From assembly GCA_947626095.1 (NCBI GenBank), contig CANQQV010000007.1:13882-77881 (forward strand): a stretch of DNA of 64,000 bases, in the 5' to 3' direction. Source of the stretch: an uncultured Bacilli bacterium. Lineage in GTDB: Bacteria; Bacillota_I; Bacilli_A; RF39; UBA660. Made by a program: the position numbers and the translations under genes. Under the pieces are notes generated by a model. It saw only the letters and a list, made by a program, of their open reading frames with translations. It was not told the origin of the DNA and did not search any database. Within the stretch, counting starts at the first letter, position 1. Every line of letters begins with the position of its first letter. Positions 54,328 through 63,959 of the stretch are shown here, in pieces.

Positions 54328-55257
54328 ATGTTTAAATATACTTTAGATAACAAAAGATATCATACTTTAAACTATTACTATAAAACTAAATATGGTAAAA
54401 AGACTTTTAAAGTATCCCTAAATGGTAATTTTTCTTGCCCTAACAAAACCAATGGCCCTGGTTGTATTTTCTGTTCTCCACTAGGATCAGGTGATTTCGC
54501 TGGTGATAAAGAAAAAGACTTAGTAACCCAATTTAACGAAATCAAAGAAATAATGGAACGTAAATGGCCGAATAGTTATTATATCGGTTATTTCCAAGCT
54601 AATACTAATACTTACGCTCCCGTTAATATCTTAAAAGAAAAATATGAAACTATTCTTTCTTTACCTAATGTTATTGGTTTAAACATTGCCACTCGTAGTG
54701 ATGCCATCACTAAAGAATGTTATGACTACTTAAGTGAACTTAATCAAAAAACTGATTTAACTATTGAACTAGGTTTACAATCGATTAAATCATCTACTTT
54801 AAAGTTTATTAATCGTGGCCACGATTTAAATAACTTTACTAACTGTGTTAAAGAATTACAAAAACGCAACATTAAAGTTGTAGTTCATATTATTAATGGA
54901 CTTCCTTATGAAACAAAAGAAGATATGTTAGCTACCGTTCGTTATCTAAACGACTTACACATTGATGGGATTAAAATTCATATGTTACATATTATCAAAA
55001 ATACTCCCTTAGCTACTTACTATCAAAACCATCCCTTCCATATCTTAACTAAAGAAGAATATATTGATATCGTTATCAATCAATTAGAACTTTTAAATCC
55101 CAAGATTGTTATCCATCGCTTAACTGGTGATCCTAAAAAAGAAGATTTAATCGAACCAACTTGGTTATTAAAAAAATTCTGTGTTCTAAATGATATCGAT
55201 AAAGAAATGAAAAAAAGAGATACTTATCAAGGTGCCAAACTAAAAGGTAATAACTAA
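54328..55257 (+). CDS. Radical SAM protein, TIGR01212 (YhcC-like) family
   Basis: About 309 aa. Cys cluster CPNKTNGPGCIFCS near the N-terminus and a TIM-barrel-like remainder typical of this family. Confidence 0.8.
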   Translation: MFKYTLDNKRYHTLNYYYKTKYGKKTFKVSLNGNFSCPNKTNGPGCIFCSPLGSGDFAGDKEKDLVTQFNEIKEIMERKWPNSYYIGYFQANTNTYAPVNILKEKYETILSLPNVIGLNIATRSDAITKECYDYLSELNQKTDLTIELGLQSIKSSTLKFINRGHDLNNFTNCVKELQKRNIKVVVHIINGLPYETKEDMLATVRYLNDLHIDGIKIHMLHIIKNTPLATYYQNHPFHILTKEEYIDIVINQLELLNPKIVIHRLTGDPKKEDLIEPTWLLKKFCVLNDIDKEMKKRDTYQGAKLKGNN

Positions 55258-56216
55258 TTGTTATTACCTTTTCTCTTTAATCTATATGTAATCGTATTCT
55301 CTGATACTTGAATTGGTTGAAAACCTAACTCAGTAGCAACCTCTCTTGCTTCAATGACATCTTTCTTTACTACAACAAATAACTCAGCTAATGATACTAT
55401 TTCCATAAACTTAGCTAATGCCTCTACTGCATAACCTTGACCCTGATAATTTCTATATATCTTATATTCGATAAAACCATTAAATTTCAAAGATATATAA
55501 CCAATCTCAGCATTATCATCTCTTAAATTTATCGTATAACCAATTGAAGCAAAATCCGGAGTATCTTGTTTCTTTAAATAAAGACGTTCTGTCTTTAAAC
55601 AATTATCATACCCTTCTTCATCAAATTGTTCTAACTTCTTCATAGTTGAATCTTTTAAATCAAACCCTAACATCTTATCCCCTGCTAAGACATCAGCATA
55701 ATCATCATCTTTAGTAAGTTCAACTAAAGCTTTACAATATATTTTTAACTTACTTAAATGTTCACTATCAAAATGAAATCTTAACTCTTGTTGAATATTT
55801 ATATAATCTAATAAATCGGTCTTAAATTGTTTACTACGTGCATGACAATCACAAGCCATTTCTAATAAATCTAAATCTGACATATCGTTAGAATTATCAT
55901 AATATTCTGGATGATGAGAATTTCTACTCCAATGTAATCTGATTGCTTCTGTTTGTTCCTTACTTAAAACATGACTAATATTTTGCATAGTATCAATATC
56001 ATCGACAATACTCGCTAAAGACATAAACTCTTCCGTATTCTGAATTTTAGAAATATCATGTACAGAACAACGGCCAATCAGTCTTATTGCATCAACACTT
56101 CTATTACGATGAATAAGATATCTAGCTAAATACTGTCCACTACGCATTACACAAGCTCTATGTATCAAAGCATCATTCATTTCTTTAGATAATTTTTCTG
56201 TATCAATCGTTCTCAT
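55254..56216 (-). CDS. Two-domain protein: HD-like/DUF5662-like N-domain + GNAT acetyltransferase
   Basis: 320 aa. The N-terminal half has CSVHDISK and HWSRNSHHPEYY. The C-terminal ~120 aa has the GNAT motif A YRNYQGQGYAVEAL. RBS AGGAGG. Confidence 0.55.
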   Translation of the reverse strand: MRTIDTEKLSKEMNDALIHRACVMRSGQYLARYLIHRNRSVDAIRLIGRCSVHDISKIQNTEEFMSLASIVDDIDTMQNISHVLSKEQTEAIRLHWSRNSHHPEYYDNSNDMSDLDLLEMACDCHARSKQFKTDLLDYINIQQELRFHFDSEHLSKLKIYCKALVELTKDDDYADVLAGDKMLGFDLKDSTMKKLEQFDEEGYDNCLKTERLYLKKQDTPDFASIGYTINLRDDNAEIGYISLKFNGFIEYKIYRNYQGQGYAVEALAKFMEIVSLAELFVVVKKDVIEAREVATELGFQPIQVSENTITYRLKRKGNNN

Positions 56217-56275
56217 AATGACCTCCTACACATTTAAAACGTATTATACACTAAAATTTCTAAAAGGACAAAAAA

Positions 56276-57211
56276 TTATCTCATTAAGAGATAATAACAA
56301 TAAACTAAATACATAATAATCATACTTATTCCTTCCTTACGACTAATCTTTAAATCTTTAAAATAAAAATAAATAAACATCGTACAAACAATTAATATAA
56401 CTATATCTATTAAAGACGCTAAACTAATTAATATTGGTCTTATCATACTACTTATCCCTAAGATAAATAAAATATTAAAGATATTACTACCTATTACATT
56501 ACCAACTGCTATTTCATTTTCTCCCTTTATTAAAGCCACTAACGAAGTACATAACTCTGGTAACGAAGTCCCAATTGCTACTACTGTTAAACCAATCACT
56601 CTTTCACTTACCCCAAAACTTCTAGCTATCTCCATCGCCATTTTAACTGTTAAATGTCCCCCAAATATTACTAAAGCTAATCCACCCAATGTAAATACTA
56701 AATCCATTACCGAAAACTCTTTCTTTACTATTTCTCTACTATTAACTCCTTTTATTAACTTATATAGATAAATAAATAAAACTACTAAAAGTATTCCCCC
56801 ACTTATTCTACTAATTAGTAATATCCCTTTACTTATATAATTAACCATTATTAAACCAAATAACAAAATACCACATAATAACGACATTACATAATCTTTA
56901 GCAATAACTTCTCTCTTTACTAAAACATCTTTAAATAACGCTGTAACCCCTAATACTACTAATAAATTAAATATATTACTCCCAATTATATTAGATACTG
57001 ATAAATCACTAGAATTGTGAATAATGGCCATAATACTAACAGCTGCCTCCGGTGCTGACGTTCCAAAAGCTACTAACGTTAAACCAATAATCATCGTTGG
57101 TATTTTAAAAAAAGTAGCTATATTACTACTACCTTCTACAAAAAAATCTGCTCCCTTAATTAGTAAAATAAAACCAATAATTAATAAAAGATAACTCATA
57201 AGTTCACCCAT
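56276..57211 (-). CDS. Ca2+/Na+ antiporter (CaCA family, YrbG-like)
   Basis: 311 aa polytopic protein. Paired alpha-repeat signatures GTSAPE and GTSLPE. An alternative start is the ATG at 57199. Confidence 0.85.
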   Translation of the reverse strand: MGELMSYLLLIIGFILLIKGADFFVEGSSNIATFFKIPTMIIGLTLVAFGTSAPEAAVSIMAIIHNSSDLSVSNIIGSNIFNLLVVLGVTALFKDVLVKREVIAKDYVMSLLCGILLFGLIMVNYISKGILLISRISGGILLVVLFIYLYKLIKGVNSREIVKKEFSVMDLVFTLGGLALVIFGGHLTVKMAMEIARSFGVSERVIGLTVVAIGTSLPELCTSLVALIKGENEIAVGNVIGSNIFNILFILGISSMIRPILISLASLIDIVILIVCTMFIYFYFKDLKISRKEGISMIIMYLVYCYYLLMR

Positions 57212-57245
57212 ATAACTATATGTTTTAACTAATCAAAAAAGACAG

Positions 57246-57599
57246 CTACTCGCCATCTTTTTCATGTATCTTATCAATTAATTTTTCTATCTTATCACCA
57301 TAAGCTACTGAATTATCATAAACAAATCTAAGTTCTGGTGTATGTCTTATTTCAATACGATTAGCTATCTTTGTTCTTAAATAACCAGCTGTTTCATCAT
57401 TCAATTCTTTTTCTAACTTTTTATGATCCATTTCTAGCATTGAAGTAAAATATACTCTTGCTAAACCTAAATCATTAGTTACCACAACTCCAGTTATATT
57501 AATCGCCTTTAAAATTGAATCATGAGCTTCTAAAGCACAGATATTACTAAGTTCTTGAGCTATTTGTGAACCTATTCTTTTTAATTTAATTTGATTCAT
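57246..57599 (-). CDS. rbfA: Ribosome-binding factor A
   Basis: 117 aa. KH-like RbfA pattern (RIGSQIAQELS.., VVVTNDLGLARVYF, ELRFVYD). ATGA overlap with the infB stop. Confidence 0.9.
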   Translation of the reverse strand: MNQIKLKRIGSQIAQELSNICALEAHDSILKAINITGVVVTNDLGLARVYFTSMLEMDHKKLEKELNDETAGYLRTKIANRIEIRHTPELRFVYDNSVAYGDKIEKLIDKIHEKDGE

Positions 57600-59710
57600 C
57601 TTTTAACCTCAACAACTTCATATATTTCTATCGTATCACCGACTTTAATATCTGAATAATTATCTAACGTAATACCACATTCATATCCTTTTTTAACTTC
57701 TTTAACTTGATCTTTTTCTCTTTGTAAACTAGCTATCTTCGTATCTGTAACAACTATACCATCACGAATAAGTCTTGCATTAGCTCCACTTTTTACAATA
57801 CCATCAATTACATAAGAACCAGCTATATTACCAACTTTAGAGAATTTAAATATCTTTCTAATTTCGACATTACCTAATATCTTCTCTTCAAATTCTGGAT
57901 CAAGCATACCTTTCATTGCTGCTTCCATTTCTTCAACTAATTTATAAATTATTGTATAAAGTCTTATATCAACACCATACTCTTTAGCTATTTCTTTTGT
58001 ACTATTAGAAGGACTAACACAGAATCCTAAGATAATCGCATTTGAAGCTTGGGCTAAAACAACATCACTTTCCGTAATTGTTCCAATACCACTTCTAATT
58101 ACTTTAACTTTAACTCCATCAACATCAATCTTCTCTAAAGCATTACGAACTGCTTCTTCAGAACCTCTAACATCGGTTTTTAATACAACATTAATCTCTT
58201 TAGTATCTGAATCAATTGAAGCAAATAAATTATCTAAAGATAATGTTTGTTTTTGGAATTTTTGTTCACGTAATTGAATACTACGTTTTTCGGCTACATC
58301 TTTAGCTTGACTTTCGGTTTCAAAAGCCATAAATTTATCTCCGGCTGATGGATTAGCAGACAAACCAGTAATTTCAACTGGCATAGCTGGTCCAGCTTCA
58401 ACAATTGAATTACCTAGATCATCTTTCATTGTTCTTACCTTACCATAAGTAGTACCAACAACAATTGGATCACCAATACGTAAAGTACCATTTTGAATTA
58501 ATAATGATGCAACACCACCAATATTCTTATCCATCTTCGATTCAATTACTGTACCTAACGCATAACGATTCGGATTAGCTTTTAATTCTTGCATTTCAGC
58601 TATTGCCAAAATTGTTTCTAATAATAAATCTATACCTTGACCACTCTTAGCTGAGATATCAACAAATGGAACATTGCCACCCCATTCTTCTGGTGTAATA
58701 CTATGTTCCGCCATCTCTGTTCTAATACGATCAGGTTTAGCATCTGGTTTATCTATCTTATTAACCGCTACAACAATTGGTACATTAGCTGCTAAAGCAT
58801 GATCTATTGCTTCTTCCGTTTGTGGCATTACACCATCATCAGCTGCTACTATTATAATAACAATATCTGTAATACTAGCTCCACGTGCTCTCATCTCTGT
58901 AAAAGCCGCATGCCCTGGTGTATCAATAAACGTTATCTTATGACCATCATGTTCAACTTGGTAAGCACCAATTGCTTGTGTAATACCACCATACTCTGAA
59001 TCAACAATTTTACTCTTTCTAATTGTATCAAGTAAAGTTGTTTTACCATGGTCAACATGTCCCATAATTGTAACCACAGGAGGTCTTGTAACTAAGTCTT
59101 CTTCTCTATCATTAGCTTCAAACTCTTCAAAGTTAGCGACATCTTGTGTTTCTTCTTTCTTTAATGTCTTATTATAATCTAAGACTAAAACACTAGCTGT
59201 TTCATAATCAATTGGATTATTTAGGCTTAACATTAAACCAAGTCCCATAATCTTCTTAATTAAATCGGTTCCACTAACCTCTAAAGCATTAGCTAAATCA
59301 CTAACTGACATATTCTCTTTATATAAAATAACATTTTCTTCAGCTGCATTACTCATTAATTTTTCTTTATGTTTATACATCTCTTTACGTTTAGACATAT
59401 ATTCATCTTGTGAACTTTGTAATTGACTCTTCTTCTTTAGTTTTTGCTTTTTATCTCCCGCTTTAAAGTTCTTATCTAAGTTATTAGCTTCAACTAAATC
59501 TTCTACTACTTCATCAATTGCATCTTCATCTTCATAATCAGTTTCTACATCCGTACTAATTAAATTAATCGTATTATCAAGAATAATAATGTCATCTTCT
59601 GATAACTCATCATCACCATTCTTAACATTAATTCCTAACTCACTACATTTCTTTAATATTTCTGCTACTGAATGATTAGTATCTAATGCATATTCTTTAA
59701 CACTCATCAT
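57596..59710 (-). CDS. infB: Translation initiation factor IF-2
   Basis: 704 aa. G-domain [14 protein letters not shown] and NKID, in the conserved nusA-infB-rbfA context. Confidence 0.95.
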   Translation of the reverse strand: MMSVKEYALDTNHSVAEILKKCSELGINVKNGDDELSEDDIIILDNTINLISTDVETDYEDEDAIDEVVEDLVEANNLDKNFKAGDKKQKLKKKSQLQSSQDEYMSKRKEMYKHKEKLMSNAAEENVILYKENMSVSDLANALEVSGTDLIKKIMGLGLMLSLNNPIDYETASVLVLDYNKTLKKEETQDVANFEEFEANDREEDLVTRPPVVTIMGHVDHGKTTLLDTIRKSKIVDSEYGGITQAIGAYQVEHDGHKITFIDTPGHAAFTEMRARGASITDIVIIIVAADDGVMPQTEEAIDHALAANVPIVVAVNKIDKPDAKPDRIRTEMAEHSITPEEWGGNVPFVDISAKSGQGIDLLLETILAIAEMQELKANPNRYALGTVIESKMDKNIGGVASLLIQNGTLRIGDPIVVGTTYGKVRTMKDDLGNSIVEAGPAMPVEITGLSANPSAGDKFMAFETESQAKDVAEKRSIQLREQKFQKQTLSLDNLFASIDSDTKEINVVLKTDVRGSEEAVRNALEKIDVDGVKVKVIRSGIGTITESDVVLAQASNAIILGFCVSPSNSTKEIAKEYGVDIRLYTIIYKLVEEMEAAMKGMLDPEFEEKILGNVEIRKIFKFSKVGNIAGSYVIDGIVKSGANARLIRDGIVVTDTKIASLQREKDQVKEVKKGYECGITLDNYSDIKVGDTIEIYEVVEVKR

Positions 59711-59732
59711 AATAACTCACCTCTATCTTTAT

Positions 59733-59990
59733 TTATTCTTCTACAATCTTTTCCATTTCCTCATATACTACATCTGGAATCTTTACTTCTAAAATACGTT
59801 CTAACGCCTTTGTCTCACGCGCTTTCTTAATTACTTCTTTATCTTTCTTTAAGTAAGCTCCACGACCATTAGCTTTCCCTGTTAAATCAACAGATACATT
59901 ACCTTCTTTATCACGTACTACTCTAAGCAAATCTTTCTTTAAAGTCTTTTCCTTCGTAATAACACAAGTTCTTTCTGGTATCTTCTTCAT
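59733..59990 (-). CDS. ylxR: YlxR/RnpM family (DUF448) RNA-binding protein
   Basis: 85 aa. IPERTCVITKEK..DLLRVV..GRGAYL, and its position between nusA and infB. Confidence 0.85.
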   Translation of the reverse strand: MKKIPERTCVITKEKTLKKDLLRVVRDKEGNVSVDLTGKANGRGAYLKKDKEVIKKARETKALERILEVKIPDVVYEEMEKIVEE

Positions 59991-60007
59991 GAGTCTAACC
60001 TCACTTC

Positions 60008-61159
60008 TTAATTATTTCCTTCTTCATTAACTTGATTTAAAGTCTTAACTTCAATTTTATATTTAGTTAATTTAGAAGCTAATTTAATATTTGTTCCTTT
60101 TTTACCTATTGCTAAAGATAAATTATCATCATTAACAATTGCTAAAGCTTCTTTCTTCATTGGATCAGTAATCGTAACTATTGCATCTTTAGCAGGACTT
60201 AAAGCATTCTTAATATATTCTGCTGGATCAGCACTATATAATACGATATCAACCTTTTCACCATTAAGTTCTTTTAAGATTGAACCAATTCTTGAACCTC
60301 TTTCTCCAATACAAGCTCCTATAGCATCGATCTTTTCATTCGTTGATTCAACTGCTACTTTACTTCTAATACCAGCTTCTCTAGCTACCGCATGTAATAT
60401 AATTGTTCCATCAGCTAATTCTGGTATTTCCGATTCAAATAATCTTTTAACAAAGCCATAATGTTTTCTTGAAAGTAAGATAAGTGGTCCCTTCGTATTA
60501 GCTTCTACTTTCGTAACATAAACTCTAATATTAGAACCCATCTTAACTTCTTCACCAGGTATCATCTCTGACTTAGGTAAAATACCTCTTGTACGACCTA
60601 ATTCAACATAATAATTACGAATATCTTCCATTGCTAAAGTACCAACTAACATCTCATCTTGTTTATCTGCAAATTCCGAAATAATTGCTTCTTTTTCTGC
60701 TTCTCTTATCTTTTGCATAATAACTTGTTTAGCTGTTCCTGCTGCAACACGGCCAAAGTCTTTAGGTGTAACTTCTTTTTCAATCGTTTCCCCAACTTCT
60801 ATATTAGGTACTATTTCTCTTGCATCTTCAAGTAGTATTTGTGCGTCAATATTAATCTCTGGTGGTACATCTACTTCATTACCTTCTTCATCGATAATTG
60901 TATCTCCTTCATCAATTTCTGGTACTACAACATAATAAGACATAACTTTAATTTCTCCAGTTGTACGATTAATATCAACTCTAACATTAGTCTTAGAACC
61001 AAAATTCTTCTTATAAGCTGTTGCTAATGCAAGTTCCATCGCATCAAATACTACATCTTCTGAAATACCTTTTTCGGCTACTATACCTTTAACTGCTTTA
61101 ATAAATGCGACAGGATCCATATGGCCACTTTCTTCTACAACGTCTTTCTTTCTTGCCAT
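60008..61159 (-). CDS. nusA: Transcription termination/antitermination factor NusA
   Basis: About 383 aa from the ATG at 61159 (RBS AAGGAAG). N-terminal domain, S1 and two KH regions (GACIGERGSRIGSI, LAIGKKGTNIKLAS). Confidence 0.9.
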   Translation of the reverse strand: MARKKDVVEESGHMDPVAFIKAVKGIVAEKGISEDVVFDAMELALATAYKKNFGSKTNVRVDINRTTGEIKVMSYYVVVPEIDEGDTIIDEEGNEVDVPPEINIDAQILLEDAREIVPNIEVGETIEKEVTPKDFGRVAAGTAKQVIMQKIREAEKEAIISEFADKQDEMLVGTLAMEDIRNYYVELGRTRGILPKSEMIPGEEVKMGSNIRVYVTKVEANTKGPLILLSRKHYGFVKRLFESEIPELADGTIILHAVAREAGIRSKVAVESTNEKIDAIGACIGERGSRIGSILKELNGEKVDIVLYSADPAEYIKNALSPAKDAIVTITDPMKKEALAIVNDDNLSLAIGKKGTNIKLASKLTKYKIEVKTLNQVNEEGNN

Positions 61160-61160
61160 T

Positions 61161-61418
61161 TTAAACACTTCCTTTTTCTTTACTTGTAATATCTAAGATA
61201 TATGAATCATCAATTAAATCTAACTTATCAATAATTGGATTTATAACATTAGTAGCTTCCACAATCGTATCTAAGTCTAAACCATTTACTTTATCTAACT
61301 CAATACGTAAGAAGTTATAATTACCTTCTGTTTCATAAACCACACTATCAACAATAATATTCATTTCCTTCATCGGCTCTGTAATAGCCTTCCTTATTTC
61401 TTCTAATATTTTATTCAT
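61161..61418 (-). CDS. rimP: Ribosome maturation factor RimP, N-terminal domain only
   Basis: 85 aa. The pattern NFLRIELDK..GLDLDTIVEATNVINPIIDKLD..YILDITS matches the RimP N-domain. The ORF ends 1 nt before the nusA ATG. Confidence 0.7.
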   Translation of the reverse strand: MNKILEEIRKAITEPMKEMNIIVDSVVYETEGNYNFLRIELDKVNGLDLDTIVEATNVINPIIDKLDLIDDSYILDITSKEKGSV

Positions 61419-61442
61419 GATTCACCTCTTTAAACTAATAAT

Positions 61443-61466
61443 AAAAGTGGGATATTACGCCCACTT
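61443..61466 (-). promoter_or_regulatory. Terminator-like hairpin in the rimP-nusA leader (candidate attenuator)
   Basis: Minus strand reads AAGTGGG-cgtaatat-CCCACTT followed by TTTAT, located between the predicted promoter and the rimP RBS. Confidence 0.45.
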
Positions 61467-61481
61467 AAATCTGATACCTAA

Positions 61482-61509
61482 ATTATAACATAATTTTCTA
61501 ATTATGCAA
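61482..61509 (-). promoter_or_regulatory. Sigma-A promoter TTGCAT-16-TATAAT (TG-extended) of the rimP-nusA-infB operon
   Basis: Minus strand reads TTGCAT aattagaaaattatgt TATAAT. Confidence 0.55.
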
Positions 61510-61573
61510 GATTTTAATTGAGACTTTAAGCTTTTTGTAGTATATTAACTATATAAGGTAAGGAAGAGCTGCT

Positions 61574-62599
61574 ATGAAAAAAAGTCAAAATATAATTATT
61601 GCGATATTATTTATTATTTGTATTACTCTAAGTATCTCATCTATTTCCATGAGTGCTAACATTAAGGAAAGTAATACTTCTAATAAAAACCATAATTCTT
61701 TAAACATTGATCCAACATCAAACACTTTTCCTTTTGATGTTTCTGACTTCTCTGGTAAAGAAATAAATACGATTGATATCGCTGCTAAAAAATATCAAAA
61801 TAATACAATTAGTATTACTAATAGTGATTTTAAAATAAGTAATGAACTATCTAATGAAATATATAATTTAATTAATAGCTATGGTGCTAGTGCTGCCTTT
61901 TACATTGTTAGTTTAGATGATGGTATGACCATTGGTTATAACGTCGATCGTAAATTTGAAACCGCTAGTTCTATCAAAGCCCCATATGCTCTTTACTTAT
62001 ATCATGAAATAGCTAAAGGAAATGTTGATGTTACCGAAAAGTTAGTTTATCAACCACGATATTATAATCCTGGTACTGGTGTTGTTAAAAGAAGTTCTTT
62101 TGGTACTGAATATACAGTTAATGATTTAATATATTACTCTTTATATGAATCAGATAATATTGCTTATGAAATGCTTCATGGTCACTTTGGTGTTAAAGGT
62201 TTCAATGCCATGTTAAAAAATCTTGGTACTAAAGAATTATATTTAACAGCTAGTAATCCATGGGGTTATACTTCATGTCGTAGCGCTGCTCTTATTTGGC
62301 AAGATATCTATAATTTTTCTATTACTGATAGTGAAGGTATTGAACTATTAAATATCTTATCAACTGGTAAATACAATTATTATAAAGAAGTAATGCCTGA
62401 TATCGAAAGTGCTAGTAAAACTGGCTTTGCTAAAAAAGATGTTGTTGAAACTGGTATTGTCTTTGATAATCACCCATATATTGCTATTGCTATGGCTAAC
62501 AAAGGTGGTCGTATTGGCGCCTACACTGAAGTAATTAGATTAATATCTTGTATGAATAAAGTAATGAATGAATATAACACTTACTTAGAAAACAAATAG
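61574..62599 (+). CDS. Class A beta-lactamase-related serine hydrolase (secreted/membrane-anchored)
   Basis: 341 aa. N-terminal TM or signal, SxxK (ASSIKAP), SDN (YESDNIAYE) and KTG (SKTGFA). RBS AAGGAAG. Confidence 0.7.
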   Translation: MKKSQNIIIAILFIICITLSISSISMSANIKESNTSNKNHNSLNIDPTSNTFPFDVSDFSGKEINTIDIAAKKYQNNTISITNSDFKISNELSNEIYNLINSYGASAAFYIVSLDDGMTIGYNVDRKFETASSIKAPYALYLYHEIAKGNVDVTEKLVYQPRYYNPGTGVVKRSSFGTEYTVNDLIYYSLYESDNIAYEMLHGHFGVKGFNAMLKNLGTKELYLTASNPWGYTSCRSAALIWQDIYNFSITDSEGIELLNILSTGKYNYYKEVMPDIESASKTGFAKKDVVETGIVFDNHPYIAIAMANKGGRIGAYTEVIRLISCMNKVMNEYNTYLENK

Positions 62600-62620
62600 A
62601 GAATGAAAATTCTCTATTTT
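62595..62620. terminator. Bidirectional terminator between convergent genes
   Basis: AATAGAGAAT-gaaa-ATTCTCTATT (10-bp stem) with a T-run on the plus strand and an A-run upstream. Both stop codons lie within the stem. Confidence 0.6.
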
Positions 62621-63126
62621 ATATACCCATTTTGCACTATCTTTGTTTCATTAACTACCATAAAAGCTTTTGCATCAATATCTTTTATTATTTTTTTTAA
62701 CTTACTTAAATTACGACTATTTAAAGTAATAAACAAAATATTAGCTTCTTCCTCTTTATACGTATTAACTGTTTCAACTACCGAAACCCCAAACCCTTCA
62801 CTTCTTATCTTATCAATACTATCCTTACTTGTCTCCATCGTCATTACTTCGACACTTATCAAACTATTAATTAAAGTATTTGAAATAAATGTCCCTATAA
62901 TCGTCCCTGTTGCATACCCCGCTGAATAAGCTATAACTATCCATATACTATTAATATCAGAATTAAGTGCTTCCTTAACTACTAAAAACCAAATAAAAAC
63001 CTCAAAAAAACCTATTAGTCCTGCTAATAGTGTTTTTCCTCTTACCGAATAATTAGTTCTTATTGTTCCTAATGTTACATCAGCTATTCTGGCCATAAAT
63101 ATTTTCAGGCATAAAGTAAATAACAT
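62614..63126 (-). CDS. UPF0316 family membrane protein (DUF2179-containing, YebE-like)
   Basis: 170 aa. RIADVTLGTIRTNYSVRGKTLLAGLIGFFEVFIW resembles the UPF0316 N-terminus. C-terminal soluble DUF2179-like part. TAATG overlap with the upstream gene. Confidence 0.7.
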   Translation of the reverse strand: MLFTLCLKIFMARIADVTLGTIRTNYSVRGKTLLAGLIGFFEVFIWFLVVKEALNSDINSIWIVIAYSAGYATGTIIGTFISNTLINSLISVEVMTMETSKDSIDKIRSEGFGVSVVETVNTYKEEEANILFITLNSRNLSKLKKIIKDIDAKAFMVVNETKIVQNGYIK

Positions 63127-63389
63127 TAAGCTCCTCCTTTAAACACCATTATTAATATTATTGCCACAACTATAATAATTATAAGTACTAATACCTTTCC
63201 TAATTTCTTATCTTTATCTTCATTAGACATACTTTTATACATTGCTGTATCTTTATTACGATACATATTCCATCTTGGATCTAAGACACTATTCATTTCT
63301 TTTTGTTGTGATATTGGAATCATTCTTCCACACTCAGGACATACACCACCTTTAGTTGGTAATGCTGCTCCACAATACTTACAATTCAT
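63126..63389 (-). CDS. Zinc-ribbon protein with a C-terminal TM
   Basis: 87 aa. CKYCGAALPTKGGVCPECG and C-terminal VLVLIIIIVVAIILIMVF. RBS AGGTGA. Confidence 0.55.
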   Translation of the reverse strand: MNCKYCGAALPTKGGVCPECGRMIPISQQKEMNSVLDPRWNMYRNKDTAMYKSMSNEDKDKKLGKVLVLIIIIVVAIILIMVFKGGA

Positions 63390-63434
63390 ATTATCACCTA
63401 TTTATATTTTAACATAAAAAAAGATTAGAATAAA

Positions 63435-63959
63435 CTAATCTTCACCATACTCTTCAATAAAATTCTTACTTTTATGTGGCTCTTCACGTAACAAATCATT
63501 ATAATCTTGTTGTCTTAAAGCTTCATATACCATAATTGCTACTGTATTAGATAAGTTTAATGCTCTTACTTTATCTGTCATTGGCATTCTCATACATCTA
63601 TCAATATGTGGTTTTAATATTTCTCTAGGAATACCTGTTGACTCTTTGCCAAAAACAAAATAAATATTCTTACTACTATCACTATAATCAAATGAAGTAT
63701 GAGGTTTATGTCCATACCTTGTTAAAAAATAAAACTCCCCTTTATCTTTATTCTTATCCATAAAATCTTCCCAGTTTTCATAAACTGTATAATGACAATT
63801 ATCTATATAATTAACTCCACTTCTTCTAATATACTTTTCATCTAAAGAAAAACCTAATGGTTTAATTAAATGTAAATACGTATTCGTAGCTACACAAGTT
63901 CTCATTATATTTCCTGTATTACCTGGTATTTCTGGTTCAAACAAAACAACATTTAACAT
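63435..63959 (-). CDS. trmL: tRNA (cytidine/uridine-2'-O)-methyltransferase TrmL (SpoU family)
   Basis: About 174 aa from the ATG at 63959 (GGAGG 5 nt upstream). LFEPEIPGNTGNIMRTC and LNLSNTVAIMVYEALRQ. Confidence 0.85.
   Translation of the reverse strand: MLNVVLFEPEIPGNTGNIMRTCVATNTYLHLIKPLGFSLDEKYIRRSGVNYIDNCHYTVYENWEDFMDKNKDKGEFYFLTRYGHKPHTSFDYSDSSKNIYFVFGKESTGIPREILKPHIDRCMRMPMTDKVRALNLSNTVAIMVYEALRQQDYNDLLREEPHKSKNFIEEYGED

Noticed and set aside
33068-61027. Antisense ORFs in the core-gene region (33068-33253, 33904-34092, 38423-38653, 44624-45004, 48046-48468, 50584-50787, 51996-52232, 58799-58999, 60839-61027)
   Set aside because: All are antisense to confidently identified genes (thioredoxin, CPBP/phosphoesterase, tyrS, clpB, leuS, the membrane protein, GH31, infB, nusA), and none has start signals.
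62603-62929. 108-aa plus-strand ORF downstream of the beta-lactamase-like gene
   Set aside because: It is fully antisense to the UPF0316 family gene, which has a recognisable family signature and translational coupling to its upstream gene. It also begins inside a terminator hairpin.
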